Shown: one piece after another, positions 1 through 10,531 of the stretch
Position numbering within the stretch: position 1 is the stretch's first letter
How the letters are laid out: every line of letters starts with the position of its first letter
Origin: Candidatus Hodarchaeota archaeon
GTDB taxonomy: Archaea; Asgardarchaeota; Lokiarchaeia; Sigyniarchaeales; SOKP01
Reading direction: 5' to 3'
Assembly: GCA_048887225.1 (NCBI GenBank)
Contig: JBHLJY010000005.1
Coordinates: 96,001 to 160,000, forward strand
DNA length: 64,000 bases
Position numbers and translations under genes: made by a program
The notes under the pieces: model-generated
What the model saw: only the letters and a program-made list of their open reading frames with translations
Told to the model about the DNA's origin: nothing
Databases searched by the model: none

Positions 1-1
1 C

Positions 2-256
2 GCGGATCGATATCACGATCAGTATTTAAAAGTCATAAATCAAAAGAAGAAAAGAAACAAAAGCAAGAGATTTTATAGACCAAAGAGAAGACCAATAAAG
101 GGACAAAGGCAAAAACAAGCTGATAAAAACCAAGAAATGCTCGAAAAATTAAAACAAAAAAAATTAGCTGTAGCTCTTGAAAAACGAAAGACAGGAAAAA
201 AATTAAATTTATATGAAGCAAGACTAATTTTAGAACATTCAGAAGATAAATCATAG
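2..256 (+). CDS. 3' end of a coiled-coil protein (archaeal COG1340-like), truncated by the window edge
   Basis: Frame 2 is open from the edge: ADRYHDQYLKVINQKKKR...LEKRKTGKKLNLYEARLILEHSEDKS*. The ending resembles the 'K..GEKL...E..L' tail of archaeal coiled-coil proteins. Not in the ORF track. Confidence 0.55.
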   Translation, partial: ADRYHDQYLKVINQKKKRNKSKRFYRPKRRPIKGQRQKQADKNQEMLEKLKQKKLAVALEKRKTGKKLNLYEARLILEHSEDKS

Positions 257-329
257 GATTTAAAAAAATTTTAATTTTAAATTATATTTAGTAATTTATC
301 GTTTTTCCTAAAACTAGATTTGATTAAAT

Positions 330-1658
330 TTGAGCAAGAAATTAACTGAGATACGATCTATTTTATTAGAACATCATGAAGAATTAAAAAATGCTATTCC
401 GCTAATAGCTTCTGAAAATATAACAAGTCCGGCTGTTGATGAAGCTTGTAACTCAGATTTCTCACATAGATATGCGGAGGGATGGGTTGGTCAGAGAGTT
501 TATGCTGGATGTAGATATATTGATAAAATTGAAGCTATGTGTATGGATCTTGCGAAAAACTATTTTAATTGCGTTCATGCTGACGTCAGACCCGTATCTG
601 GTGTCATGGCAAACTTAGTTTTATATAATGCGTTCACATCACGTAATCATGGTAAAATGTGCGCTATGCCAATACCAAAGGGGGGTCATATTAGTCATGC
701 CCCTATGTATACGAGTTCAGGAAGAGCTATTTATGGTACGGCTGGAACAGTTAGAGGTTTGGAGATTAAATATCTAGATTTTGACGAGGAAAACATGAAT
801 ATAGATCCAGACGGTTCTGCAAAAGTTATTAGGCAATTTGAACCAGAAATGATTTTATTCGGAGCTTCTGTATTTCTTTTCCCACATCCAGTTAAAGAAT
901 TGAGTGATGTTGCCAAAGAAGTTGGGGCATATATAGGCTATGATGGGGCTCATGTTGCTGGTCTCATTGGATCTGGATATTTTCAGGATCCCTTAAGAGA
1001 AGGTGCTGATGCAATGAGTTTATCAACTCATAAAACTTTACCTGGCCCGCAACATGGAACTGTCGTATCAAATCGAGAAGATTTAATCGATATTTTGAAA
1101 TCTTCTGCATTTCCCGCATTGTTTTCCAATCATCATTTGCATAATGTCGCAGGTTTGGCGGTTACCCTTGTAGAAATGCTTGAATTTGGAAAAAAATATC
1201 ATAAATGCGTAATTGAAAACGCTAAAGCTTTTGCTGAAGCGTTAAACGAGAGGGGCTTTAAAGTACTCTGCGAACATCTTGGATTTACAGAATCACATCA
1301 AGTTATTGTTGATATCGCTGAGTTCGAAAAAAAAATTGGTCTCGGAGGAGATATTGAGCAGTTGTTAGAATCAGCAAATATAATTATCAATCGCAATCTA
1401 TTACCTTGGGATATAAGGGAAGGACGACATTATATGAATCCGTCTGGATTAAGGTTAGGAACTTCAGAAGTCACCCGATTAGGAATGGGAAAAGGTGAGA
1501 TGCAAGACATAGCAGAATTTTTTAAGGCTCTATTGGTGGATAAAAAAGACCCTAAAAGAATAAAAAAAGAAATCGCCGAATTTCGTAAGGATTTTCAAGA
1601 GATAAAATATTGCTTCCAACATTCAAACGAAGCTTACGAATATCTCAAATTTTTTTGA
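330..1658 (+). CDS. glyA: Serine hydroxymethyltransferase (archaeal type)
   Basis: LIASEN, RYAEG, GGHISH, and the PLP-lysine motif STHKTLPGPQ; GLRLGT. Confidence 0.96.
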   Translation: MSKKLTEIRSILLEHHEELKNAIPLIASENITSPAVDEACNSDFSHRYAEGWVGQRVYAGCRYIDKIEAMCMDLAKNYFNCVHADVRPVSGVMANLVLYNAFTSRNHGKMCAMPIPKGGHISHAPMYTSSGRAIYGTAGTVRGLEIKYLDFDEENMNIDPDGSAKVIRQFEPEMILFGASVFLFPHPVKELSDVAKEVGAYIGYDGAHVAGLIGSGYFQDPLREGADAMSLSTHKTLPGPQHGTVVSNREDLIDILKSSAFPALFSNHHLHNVAGLAVTLVEMLEFGKKYHKCVIENAKAFAEALNERGFKVLCEHLGFTESHQVIVDIAEFEKKIGLGGDIEQLLESANIIINRNLLPWDIREGRHYMNPSGLRLGTSEVTRLGMGKGEMQDIAEFFKALLVDKKDPKRIKKEIAEFRKDFQEIKYCFQHSNEAYEYLKFF

Positions 1659-1742
1659 GAATCAAATCAAATAACAGTAAAATTTATCTTATATTAGATA
1701 TTTCCAATAATAGCCTACTTATTAATTTTTGAAACATTTATC

Positions 1743-2564
1743 ATGAATCTCGAAGTTCTTGAAAAGACCGATCGTAAACTTGTCTTTGTTTTAGAAGAAA
1801 TCTCTATTGAAATGGTAAACGCTCTACGCCGTATAATCATGACAGAATTGCCTTGCTTCGCAATTGACGAAGTTATTATATTAAAAAATGATTCACCATT
1901 GTATGATGAAATTGTTGCTCATCGGCTTGGTATGATTCCTCTCAAGACTGATCTAGAGCATTATAATCTGCCGCGGGATTGTGAATGTGGAGGATTTGGT
2001 TGTCCATTATGCCAAGTATCCTTAACATTGGAAGTTACTAATGAAACTAATAAGCCTTTAGTAGTTTATTCCGGAGATTTGAATTCTAATGACCCCAATA
2101 TCGTCCCTGTACACGATAAAATCCCAATTTTAAAAATAGATAAAGGTAGCAAAATTATTATTGAAAGTTATGCAATTTTAGGTATAGCTAAGGATAATAT
2201 TAGATTTTCAGCAGTTTCAAATTGTTTCTATAGATATTATCCAACAATTGATTTCGATGAGAGTAAAATTAAAGATCTCGATGAAAAGACTCTAATCGCA
2301 TCAACATGTCCAGAAAATCTATATGAGCTTACTAATAATTCATTAAAATTAAAGAACGATTATTGGAAAACTTGTACTTTATGCAAAGCGTGCGAGAAAG
2401 GTTCTAATGGTAAAATCAAGGTAAATTCGAAAAAGCAGACATATATATTTTTTATTGAAACAGATGGCGTTCTCCCTTTTGAAGTTCTTATTAAAAAAAC
2501 TTTTGAAATATTTAATGAGAAAACTGATGAGTTTGTAGAGAAATTAGAGGAAATCGAGATTTAA
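1743..2564 (+). CDS. rpoD: DNA-directed RNA polymerase subunit D (Rpo3)
   Basis: NALRR, NDSPLYDEIVAHRLGMIPL, Zn motif CECGGFGCPLC, Fe-S-type CP...CTLCKAC; directly upstream of rpl18e. Confidence 0.96.
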   Translation: MNLEVLEKTDRKLVFVLEEISIEMVNALRRIIMTELPCFAIDEVIILKNDSPLYDEIVAHRLGMIPLKTDLEHYNLPRDCECGGFGCPLCQVSLTLEVTNETNKPLVVYSGDLNSNDPNIVPVHDKIPILKIDKGSKIIIESYAILGIAKDNIRFSAVSNCFYRYYPTIDFDESKIKDLDEKTLIASTCPENLYELTNNSLKLKNDYWKTCTLCKACEKGSNGKIKVNSKKQTYIFFIETDGVLPFEVLIKKTFEIFNEKTDEFVEKLEEIEI

Positions 2565-2629
2565 TCAAAAATTTATTAAATTATTAATTATTTAAAAATC
2601 TAATTTTTAGAATTTAAATTTACCTGTCT

Positions 2630-2986
2630 ATGTCCCATAAAGCTACCGGTCCAAGTAATTATTATGTTCGGAAGTTGGTAAGAGATTTATGGAAGACAAA
2701 GCGGAGGATATGGAAAAAAGTCTCGAAAAAAATATCTGGGCCACGAAGAAATCGTGTTGAGGCTAATCTTTACCGCATTAATAAAAAAACTAAAAATAAC
2801 GATGTTATTGTTGTTCCTGGTAAAATTTTAGGGATTGGAGATTTAGATCATAAGCTAACAATAGCGTGTTTATCGTCTTCAAAATCGGCTAAAAAAAAAA
2901 TAGAGGCTTCAGGGAGTAAATTAATTACCATAAATGAATTGCTTGAACAAAATCCTAAAGGAGAAAATGTTAAAGTTTTTTATTAA
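2630..2986 (+). CDS. rpl18e: 50S ribosomal protein L18e (eL18)
   Basis: VVPGKILG, SAKKKIEASG, NPKG; canonical position after rpoD. Confidence 0.95.
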   Translation: MSHKATGPSNYYVRKLVRDLWKTKRRIWKKVSKKISGPRRNRVEANLYRINKKTKNNDVIVVPGKILGIGDLDHKLTIACLSSSKSAKKKIEASGSKLITINELLEQNPKGENVKVFY

Positions 2987-3005
2987 ATAATGGAGTGTCT
3001 AAAAA

Positions 3006-3476
3006 ATGCTAGAATATCAAGTATATGATGCGAAAGATAAAATTCTAGGACGTTTCTGCAGCCAAATTGCGAAGAAAGCTCTTTTAGGGGAACGAGTTGT
3101 TATTATTAATGCAAAGGATGCAATTATTAGTGGTACAAAGAGAAATATTCACGAAAAGTTTTTAGCAAAGTTAAACATCAGAACTGCTACGAATCCAACG
3201 CGAGGTCCCTTTTGGCCAAGACGACCTGATACATTTATGAGAAGAGTAATTAAACAGATGCTTCCCCGAAAGAAACTTCGAGGAAAAGAAGCTCTTCGAA
3301 GAATTCATGTATATATTTCAGACATTCCAGAACGCTTTAAAAATAGGTATCAAAAATTAATTCTGGGGGAAATATGGAACGCCGATAAAATGCGCTTATC
3401 GTATTATGATAGATGCATTACGTTGGAAAATTTATGCCTTAGGATTGGTTGGAAAAAAAGAGAAATTGAGGCTTAG
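3006..3476 (+). CDS. rpl13: 50S ribosomal protein L13 (uL13)
   Basis: DAKDKILGR, GPFWPRRPD, MLPRKK.RG; operon position. Confidence 0.95.
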   Translation: MLEYQVYDAKDKILGRFCSQIAKKALLGERVVIINAKDAIISGTKRNIHEKFLAKLNIRTATNPTRGPFWPRRPDTFMRRVIKQMLPRKKLRGKEALRRIHVYISDIPERFKNRYQKLILGEIWNADKMRLSYYDRCITLENLCLRIGWKKREIEA

Positions 3477-3479
3477 ACT

Positions 3480-3896
3480 ATGTCAGAAAAAGTTAGAATA
3501 ATTCAGTCCTCGGGAAAAAGGAAATCTGCTATTGCTAGAGCTGTTTTAAGATATCCTGCCAAAGGCCAAATAAAAATAAACAATATACTATTAGACCTAT
3601 ATGAACCAGAACTACAGAGAGAGAGAATAAAAGAAGTCATTGAAGTTGCCAATCATGAAAAAATAGAAAAATGCGATATAAAAATATATGTTAAAGGAGG
3701 TGGTAGAATGGGGCAAACGGAGGCAGTCAGGATAGCTTTATCAAGAGCGATTTATAAGTTTCTAAAAACAAAAACAATCGAGCTAAAATTTCGAGAATAC
3801 GACGAGTCGTTATTAAGCGGCGATTCGAGAAGAACAGAGCCTAAGAAGTTTGGAGGCAAAAAAGCTCGGTCAAGACGTCAAAAGTCGTTCAGATAA
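3480..3896 (+). CDS. rps9: 30S ribosomal protein S9 (uS9)
   Basis: GKRKSAIARA, GGG..GQ.EA.R, DSRRTEPKKFGGKKAR..QKSFR. Confidence 0.97.
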   Translation: MSEKVRIIQSSGKRKSAIARAVLRYPAKGQIKINNILLDLYEPELQRERIKEVIEVANHEKIEKCDIKIYVKGGGRMGQTEAVRIALSRAIYKFLKTKTIELKFREYDESLLSGDSRRTEPKKFGGKKARSRRQKSFR

Positions 3897-3946
3897 TAAC
3901 TCGGTTTTTGATAAAGCGCATTCATATTTATCATCCCTTATCTGAA

Positions 3947-5263
3947 TCAATTAAACTCAGCACCTAATTTTTTTAAGTCTTTAATAAAAGAGGGATAAGA
4001 ATCTTCAATAATATTTGTATTTTTAATTTCAGAATTATTTTCTGCATACAAAGCGGCAACACAACAAGCCATTGCGATCCTATGATCTTTTTCGTGATTA
4101 ATTTTTGATCCCTTTAATTTTTCACAATAATATATAGTTAATTTATCATTTTTTTCCGTGGTTTTGACACCCATTTTTGCTAATTCCCTTGCCATGACCG
4201 ATATTCTATCACTCTCTTTTAATCTTAAATTTGAGGCGTTATAGAGTGTTGTTTTTCCCTTTGCAAAAGCACCTACAATAGATAAAATTGGGAATAAATC
4301 TGGAATTTGACTGCAATCGACATCTTTACCTTTTAACGGATATGTATTAATTCCTCCTTTTACGGTAACCTGATTGTTATTTTGATTAACATCTATTTTT
4401 GCTCCCATCCTACGTAAAATTTCAATTATTCTTTTATCTCCCTGTGGATTTTGAATATCTACATTTTTTATAATTACATTCGAATCTTCTGGTGATAATA
4501 CTGCAGCAGCGATAATAAATGCTACAGAGGAAAAATCACCTGGAATCGAATATATTTGTGATCTATATTTTTGACCGCTGGGGATTATATATTTTCCTAT
4601 TTTTTGGTCATTTAATTTTTCTTGAAAATTGATTCCAAAAGAGTCTAATATATCCAACGTAATTTTAACGTAAGGATATGAAACTAAAGGAGTTGTTATT
4701 TCAATTTCTACAAAGTCTTTTTCTTCACATTTCAACATCGGACTAATTATTAACAATGCGGTAATGAATTGCGAACTAATATCGCCTTGAATTTTCACAG
4801 TATTACACTGATGCTTTCTTCGCTCAATATGGATGATTTTCCCCTCTAATTTGTATTCGGCGCCTAAGTATTTTAACGCCTCCAATAACGGAATAATTGG
4901 ACGGTTTCTTTTTAAAAATTCTCCTGTTAAAGATAACCCTCCTTTAACAATAAGACTTAAAGCACAAAAAATTCTTATAGAAGTACCAGAATTTTTACAA
5001 TCAATGGATTCTTTAATTGATTTAAAGGCGTCTGCGGTTTTTTGAACAACATAAGAATTTTCAGTCTCTTTTAAAATGTTTATACCTAATGATTTTAAAC
5101 CATTAATCGTAACCTCAACGTCTCCAGATGTTTGAGGATTTTTAATTACTGAGATTCCGTCAGCGAGACTTGCGATAATAAAAGCTCTATGAGAATAGCT
5201 TTTAGAAGGGGGTGCACTTATTTCCCCATTTAACTTATTTATTGGACTTATAATTAATTCCAT
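3947..5263 (-). CDS. aroA: 3-phosphoshikimate 1-carboxyvinyltransferase (EPSP synthase)
   Basis: PPSKSYSHRA, NSGTSIR, SSQFITA, KESDRI, DHRIAMA. Confidence 0.96.
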   Translation of the reverse strand: MELIISPINKLNGEISAPPSKSYSHRAFIIASLADGISVIKNPQTSGDVEVTINGLKSLGINILKETENSYVVQKTADAFKSIKESIDCKNSGTSIRIFCALSLIVKGGLSLTGEFLKRNRPIIPLLEALKYLGAEYKLEGKIIHIERRKHQCNTVKIQGDISSQFITALLIISPMLKCEEKDFVEIEITTPLVSYPYVKITLDILDSFGINFQEKLNDQKIGKYIIPSGQKYRSQIYSIPGDFSSVAFIIAAAVLSPEDSNVIIKNVDIQNPQGDKRIIEILRRMGAKIDVNQNNNQVTVKGGINTYPLKGKDVDCSQIPDLFPILSIVGAFAKGKTTLYNASNLRLKESDRISVMARELAKMGVKTTEKNDKLTIYYCEKLKGSKINHEKDHRIAMACCVAALYAENNSEIKNTNIIEDSYPSFIKDLKKLGAEFN

Positions 5264-5344
5264 TAAATAATTAATAGAAAGTTATAGATATAATATTAAT
5301 TAATTTAAGATGAAAGATTATAATATTTAATAATCTAAGAAAAC

Positions 5345-6463
5345 GTGAAGAATTTGGGAGATAATACATTTGGAACAATTTTTAAAATCACTTCCTTCGG
5401 AGAAAGTCATGGAGATTTAGTCGGGATTATAGTAGATGGAGTTCCAGCAGGCTTGGGATTTGATTTAGATTTTATTCAAAGTGAGTTAGATAAACGGCGC
5501 CCAGGGCAATCTAAAATAACTACTTCGCGCTCAGAATTAGATAAAGTACAAGTTCTATCTGGAATTTTTAAACACAAAACAACTGGGGCGCCACTTTGTA
5601 TGATAATAAAAAATAAAGATGTAGATTCATCAAAATACGAGGAATTTAAAAAATTTCTAAGGCCTTCCCAGGTCGATTTCTCTGCTTTAAAAAAATATGG
5701 AGGTTTTGCAGATTATAGAGGATCTGGCAGATTTTCAGGACGAATTACTGCAGGATTTGTAATGGCTGGAGCTATTGCGAAACAAATTTTAAGAAATTAT
5801 AATATTACAGTATTTGCTTATACAAAAAGCATTGGAGAAATAGAGGATGACAATTTATATCAAATTGATGATCTCGTAAAATACATCAAATTAAGAGAAA
5901 AATCAGATGTAAGGGCTCTTAATGCCGAGAAATCCAAAATGATGGAAAAAGTAATAGAAGAACTCAAAAGTCAAAAAGATTCTATTGGCGGAACCATAAA
6001 ATGTATTGTAAATAATTTTCCAGAGGGAATTGGCGGTCCAGTTTTTAATAGTCTCGAATCTAACATAAGTAAAGCTATTTTTTCCATACCTTCAATTAAA
6101 GGAATAGAATTTGGTGCCGGATTTAGAGCTGCTGAAATGAAAGGAAGTGAACATAATGATCCTTGGATTATAAGAGATGGAAAAATTCAAACGTTGAAAA
6201 ATGATGCTGGGGGAATAATTGGAGGTATTTCGACTGGAATGCCCATTGAATTTACTGTCGCCGTTAAACCAACTGCTACAATTGGGAAACTTCAGAAAAC
6301 AGTTAATATTAAAACTATGGAAAATACTGAAATTGAATTTACGGGTCGACACGATCCGTGCATAGTTCCTAGAGTTGTTGTTGTTGTAGAAGCCATGACG
6401 GCTATTGTTATATTGGATCATCTACTAATAGAAGGTATTGTTCCCTCTGTTTTTAAAAATTGA
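5345..6463 (+). CDS. aroC: Chorismate synthase
   Basis: FGESHG, RRPGQS, GGISTG, GRHDPC; divergent from aroA. Confidence 0.96.
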   Translation: MKNLGDNTFGTIFKITSFGESHGDLVGIIVDGVPAGLGFDLDFIQSELDKRRPGQSKITTSRSELDKVQVLSGIFKHKTTGAPLCMIIKNKDVDSSKYEEFKKFLRPSQVDFSALKKYGGFADYRGSGRFSGRITAGFVMAGAIAKQILRNYNITVFAYTKSIGEIEDDNLYQIDDLVKYIKLREKSDVRALNAEKSKMMEKVIEELKSQKDSIGGTIKCIVNNFPEGIGGPVFNSLESNISKAIFSIPSIKGIEFGAGFRAAEMKGSEHNDPWIIRDGKIQTLKNDAGGIIGGISTGMPIEFTVAVKPTATIGKLQKTVNIKTMENTEIEFTGRHDPCIVPRVVVVVEAMTAIVILDHLLIEGIVPSVFKN

Positions 6464-6464
6464 A

Positions 6465-7721
6465 CTAAGTTGATAACTCTTTAATTCTTTCTTGAATTCT
6501 TTTCAATTCTCTTTTTAATTCTCTTTCTTTCGATTTTAAAGATTTTCTTTTTTTAAGTTTTAATTGAGAATCTGGAAGAGCGAAAGTAGGAGGAGTTTTT
6601 TGTTTTTTATCATATCCTAGTCTTCTAAAAATTTCAGATATCTCTTTATTATCAAATTCTGAAATATTGACAATGCGTCCTTCTTTTATTGATTTTTCCG
6701 CTGCGAAGGAGACAACACATGCTTCTCTTCCTAATGATAAATTAGCATAAGGTTGCTTTCTTTTCTTGATACATTCAATAAAATCTCTCCGTTCTGCTTG
6801 AATTCCAATATGAACTAGCCCTTCATTATCGGAAAAATAATCTACTTCCACCTCTCTCAAATTACCAATTGGTCCACCTGCGATAATCAGCTCTTTGTCA
6901 TTTTTTGTTAATGCCCATGCCCCATTATCTCCTATAATGCCAATTTCGAGTCCTTCAATTGGTTGGATTTCATACATACATAAACCTAAATTACCCTTTG
7001 CCCCATTTTCGTATTCAATTAATACATTGGCATGATCGACGATTGTGGGCTTTTTTAGGATTTTTCCTGGTTGCCAAGAATATGAGCATTGAATTTTATG
7101 ACCCGCTTTTACAACATGTTGCCCTCCCATCGCAAAAACTCGATATGGAGGTGATTGAAGAAGCCAATTGAATATGTCAAAATGATGAACATTTTTATCT
7201 AGAATAGCCCCTCCAGATTTGTTTTCATCAAAAAACCAAGGACTAGGAAAATTTTCTCGATGTTCCTTACAATAAGCAATCATTACATTTCCAAATGTTC
7301 CCTTCTCAATTAATTGAGCCATCGTTCGAAAGAGATTAGAATAACGATATTCCAATCCAATCTGGATAATCCTATCTGTTTTTGCGTATTCTTTAATAAT
7401 TTGATCTGTCGATTCAATTGTGGGAGCAATAGGTTTTTCTAAAAAGATATCTTTATTTGCTCTTAAAGCTTCAATTGTTATTTGAGTGTGAAGGTAGCTT
7501 GGAGTGGCAATGACAACAGCATCTATGTCAGTGATTTTTAATAAATCCTTATAATCTGTAAAAAATTTTGGCGTACTCCCTTTTATTGTGGATTTACTCA
7601 TTTTAAGTTGCTTTTCGCTCGGATCAGCTACAGCTAAAATTTGGCTATCTGATAATCTATCAAAACCAAGGCAATGATCCCACCCATGGATACCTGCTCC
7701 AATAATTCCAATATTTATCAT
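6465..7721 (-). CDS. Gfo/Idh/MocA family oxidoreductase with a basic C-terminal coiled-coil extension
   Basis: GIIGAG Rossmann motif, ATPSYLH, EKPIA, SGGAILDKNVHHFD. Confidence 0.88.
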   Translation of the reverse strand: MINIGIIGAGIHGWDHCLGFDRLSDSQILAVADPSEKQLKMSKSTIKGSTPKFFTDYKDLLKITDIDAVVIATPSYLHTQITIEALRANKDIFLEKPIAPTIESTDQIIKEYAKTDRIIQIGLEYRYSNLFRTMAQLIEKGTFGNVMIAYCKEHRENFPSPWFFDENKSGGAILDKNVHHFDIFNWLLQSPPYRVFAMGGQHVVKAGHKIQCSYSWQPGKILKKPTIVDHANVLIEYENGAKGNLGLCMYEIQPIEGLEIGIIGDNGAWALTKNDKELIIAGGPIGNLREVEVDYFSDNEGLVHIGIQAERRDFIECIKKRKQPYANLSLGREACVVSFAAEKSIKEGRIVNISEFDNKEISEIFRRLGYDKKQKTPPTFALPDSQLKLKKRKSLKSKERELKRELKRIQERIKELST

Positions 7722-7836
7722 AATCTACACTCTTAAAAGAGATTGAATTTATATTTTTAATAAGTAGATAATTTTATTATAATTCAGAACATAAATTATA
7801 TTATATTTAAAATTTAATTTTAGATGATTAAATAAA

Positions 7837-8070
7837 ATGAGTAAAAAAATCGATACATCGGAACAATTCATAGAATTCTATAAAAAAAAAGCTGAAAACC
7901 TTGTATCGTTAGCCGATAATCATTACTTGAATAAAGAATACCGAAAATGTTTAGAATTGTTAAATCAAGCTTATTCAATGTATCAAAAAGGTCATTATAA
8001 CGAAGAGGCCGATAAAATTAAACTAAGATTTAACGAGGTTAAAGAAATGCATTTTAAAAAGAAGGAGTAA
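7837..8070 (+). CDS. Small all-helical protein (TPR/MIT-like hairpin)
   Basis: 77 aa; pattern A..L...AD......EY..CLELL.QA...Y. Confidence 0.55.
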   Translation: MSKKIDTSEQFIEFYKKKAENLVSLADNHYLNKEYRKCLELLNQAYSMYQKGHYNEEADKIKLRFNEVKEMHFKKKE

Positions 8071-8075
8071 TTCGC

Positions 8076-8561
8076 TCATATTTTTTTGTTCTCTAATTTT
8101 TCAATTATATTTTCAATGTGCGTTCCTTTCCAATATATTTTTTTACAATTTGAATTAGAACATTGATAAAAATTATTATGATACTTAAAAGTCTCGGATT
8201 CTATTAAGTCTTTAATTAAATTCCTATCTACTTTCGTTAACTCGGAATTACATATTGAACATCTCGCTCTTTTTATATCAAAATTATAATCTAAGTCAAA
8301 TTTGATTTTAAGTTGTTTAAGGTAGTTATATACTCCCTCTCCTTCTAAGTAAAAACCATTGTTTTTTGCTTTTTTATAAAAAATATAATCTCTTGTAACT
8401 ATAATTCTATCCTCTTTAAGAGCAAATTCTAATAATTTATCATCTGGTACCGGGTCTAAATTAAAATGATCTATTAAATCGTTAGCATATATAGTATCAT
8501 AGGAAAATATTCGAAGTAAGCGAGCAAGTTTTCCAAGCATAGAATCTACTAAAAATTTCAT
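8076..8561 (-). CDS. Mut7-C RNase domain protein (PIN-like plus Zn ribbon)
   Basis: KFLVDSMLGKLARLLR, IVTRD, RCSICN...C..C.KIYWKGTH. Confidence 0.9.
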   Translation of the reverse strand: MKFLVDSMLGKLARLLRIFSYDTIYANDLIDHFNLDPVPDDKLLEFALKEDRIIVTRDYIFYKKAKNNGFYLEGEGVYNYLKQLKIKFDLDYNFDIKRARCSICNSELTKVDRNLIKDLIESETFKYHNNFYQCSNSNCKKIYWKGTHIENIIEKLENKKI

Positions 8562-8631
8562 CTATAATATATAAAAAATAAGAAGATTTTATAAATTATG
8601 TAGAAGATACATTTTATTAAATTTAGAACTG

Positions 8632-9183
8632 GTGCTTATCAATTTGGAAGTTAGAGATTTAATGAAAAAAGCAGTTAATTTCCATGGACATTCTTGTCCT
8701 GGCGTTGCAATCGGCGTTTTAGTATCTAAATACATACTAGAACATGATAATGAATTTAGTACTGATGAAGAGCTAGTTGCAGTCGTAGAAAATGATAATT
8801 GTAGCGTTGATGCTATTCAAGCAATATTAGGAACAACCTTTGGGAAGGGCAATTTAATATATCTAGATTATGGTAAAAATAATTATACTTTTTATAACAG
8901 AACAAATAAAAAAGCTATAAAAATATCTTTAAAAAGTAGGAATTTTGGAGATCTTCCTTCATCTAAAGAAGAGCGAACAGAAGGAATATTAAGAATCAAA
9001 CCTGAAGATATATTCAGGATCCAAAAAGTGAAATTTAATCCACCTGAAAAAGCTAAAATATATGAATCAATCATCTGTGATGAATGTGGTGATCCTACAA
9101 TGATCACTAGAATAAAAGAGTATAAAGGAAAAAACCTATGTATTCCTTGTTATAAAAGGATTAAAAAAAGTAGGATTATTTAA
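8632..9183 (+). CDS. FmdE family protein (formylmethanofuran dehydrogenase subunit E-like) with C-terminal Zn finger
   Basis: FHGHSCPG, ENDNCSVDAIQ, TFGKGNL, CDECG...LCIPC. Confidence 0.9.
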   Translation: MLINLEVRDLMKKAVNFHGHSCPGVAIGVLVSKYILEHDNEFSTDEELVAVVENDNCSVDAIQAILGTTFGKGNLIYLDYGKNNYTFYNRTNKKAIKISLKSRNFGDLPSSKEERTEGILRIKPEDIFRIQKVKFNPPEKAKIYESIICDECGDPTMITRIKEYKGKNLCIPCYKRIKKSRII

Positions 9184-9264
9184 AAAATTGTTTTAAAGAA
9201 ATTTTTCGTATATTATGAATTAAAAATTTAATTTTTAAATTACCTAAATTAAAATGAATGTAAA

Positions 9265-10497
9265 ATGATTAAAACTATCGAAAAAGGACATACGCTGTTA
9301 GTAAAAGGGCCTACGAGGATAACTTTATTAGATGGAAAATTAGAAGTACTTGGAAAAACAATTCTTCCAGACAAAAGAAGTTCAAATTTGGATTTCTCAG
9401 AATTTGATGAAGATTACGTCATAATTATTCCTAGTGCTAATCATTACCCGTTATTTACGTTAGAAAAATCAAAACTAGAGATATATACATCTAACGAAAA
9501 AGAGAACCTTAAATTAATTAAGGAAAATTCGATATCTAACAGATGGATTGAAATTAAGAATGCCATTTTGGAAGAACTTAAAGAAAAAGAGGGAAAACCA
9601 TTAAAAATTATGGTTTTGGGAATAAGTAGTGGAAAAACAACAATAATTAAATATTTAGCTAATAGTTTCCTTAAAGAGGGATTTAAAGGAGGTTATCTTG
9701 ATTCTGATTTAGGACAACAGATAATGTATTTGCCAACTACTCTTAATATTGGAACAATTAAGGATTCGATTATTTCAGGCGAAGATATTGATTCAGAAAG
9801 CACAGTATTTATAGGAGCCACATTTCCAAAAGGAAATTATAAATTTATAGTGTCGCATTATTGTAAAAATTTAATTGGTGAGTATATAAGAAATCATATA
9901 GATACTAATTTTGTATTAATTGATACGGATGGCTGGATAAAGCAAGAAGCAGGTGTCATATATAAAAATTTTTTTATCGAAATGATAAATCCCGATATTT
10001 TAATCGTATTTCACGATGATACTATTAAAGAATTAAAAACTATTGTAAAAATCGCTAGGTTAAGAAAAGATAGAAAAATCTATTTAATTAAGGAAAATAA
10101 TAAATATTTTTACGAAAAGGATAAAGAAGAAAGAAGATTTTTGAGGCAAAGTCAATTTGCTAAGGTTTTAGAAGATTATAGAAAAATCTCTATTCCTTTG
10201 GAGGATATTAAATTTGTAAAGTCTGATTATAATACTGAGACTAACGAAATTCTTGAAAGAGAGATTGATGTTAGCGAATTAATTAAACTCCCTTATCACT
10301 ATGTAATAATTTCGTTGCTTGACAAGGATTCAAAATTGATAAAAATAGGACTACTCTTTGTTATAAATTTAGAAAAAAACTATATATTAATATTCTCTGA
10401 TTTATCTTATAAAGAGCAAATCAAAGTCAAAAAAATCTTACTGGGGAGTTTAAGGCTTAGTATAAAGGGAAATCATCAAGGTTATTTATATTTATAA
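9265..10497 (+). CDS. Clp1/Grc3-like polynucleotide 5'-OH kinase
   Basis: P-loop VLGISSGKTT, DSDLGQ, IDTDGW, lid RRFLRQ. Confidence 0.82.
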   Translation: MIKTIEKGHTLLVKGPTRITLLDGKLEVLGKTILPDKRSSNLDFSEFDEDYVIIIPSANHYPLFTLEKSKLEIYTSNEKENLKLIKENSISNRWIEIKNAILEELKEKEGKPLKIMVLGISSGKTTIIKYLANSFLKEGFKGGYLDSDLGQQIMYLPTTLNIGTIKDSIISGEDIDSESTVFIGATFPKGNYKFIVSHYCKNLIGEYIRNHIDTNFVLIDTDGWIKQEAGVIYKNFFIEMINPDILIVFHDDTIKELKTIVKIARLRKDRKIYLIKENNKYFYEKDKEERRFLRQSQFAKVLEDYRKISIPLEDIKFVKSDYNTETNEILEREIDVSELIKLPYHYVIISLLDKDSKLIKIGLLFVINLEKNYILIFSDLSYKEQIKVKKILLGSLRLSIKGNHQGYLYL

Positions 10498-10531
10498 GCT
10501 ATTTGTTAAAAAGAAATTATCTTGTGATTTT

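Noticed and set aside
33-254. Hydrophobic 73-aa ORF on the minus strand
   Set aside because: Antisense shadow of the Lys-rich plus-strand coiled-coil gene end (2-256).
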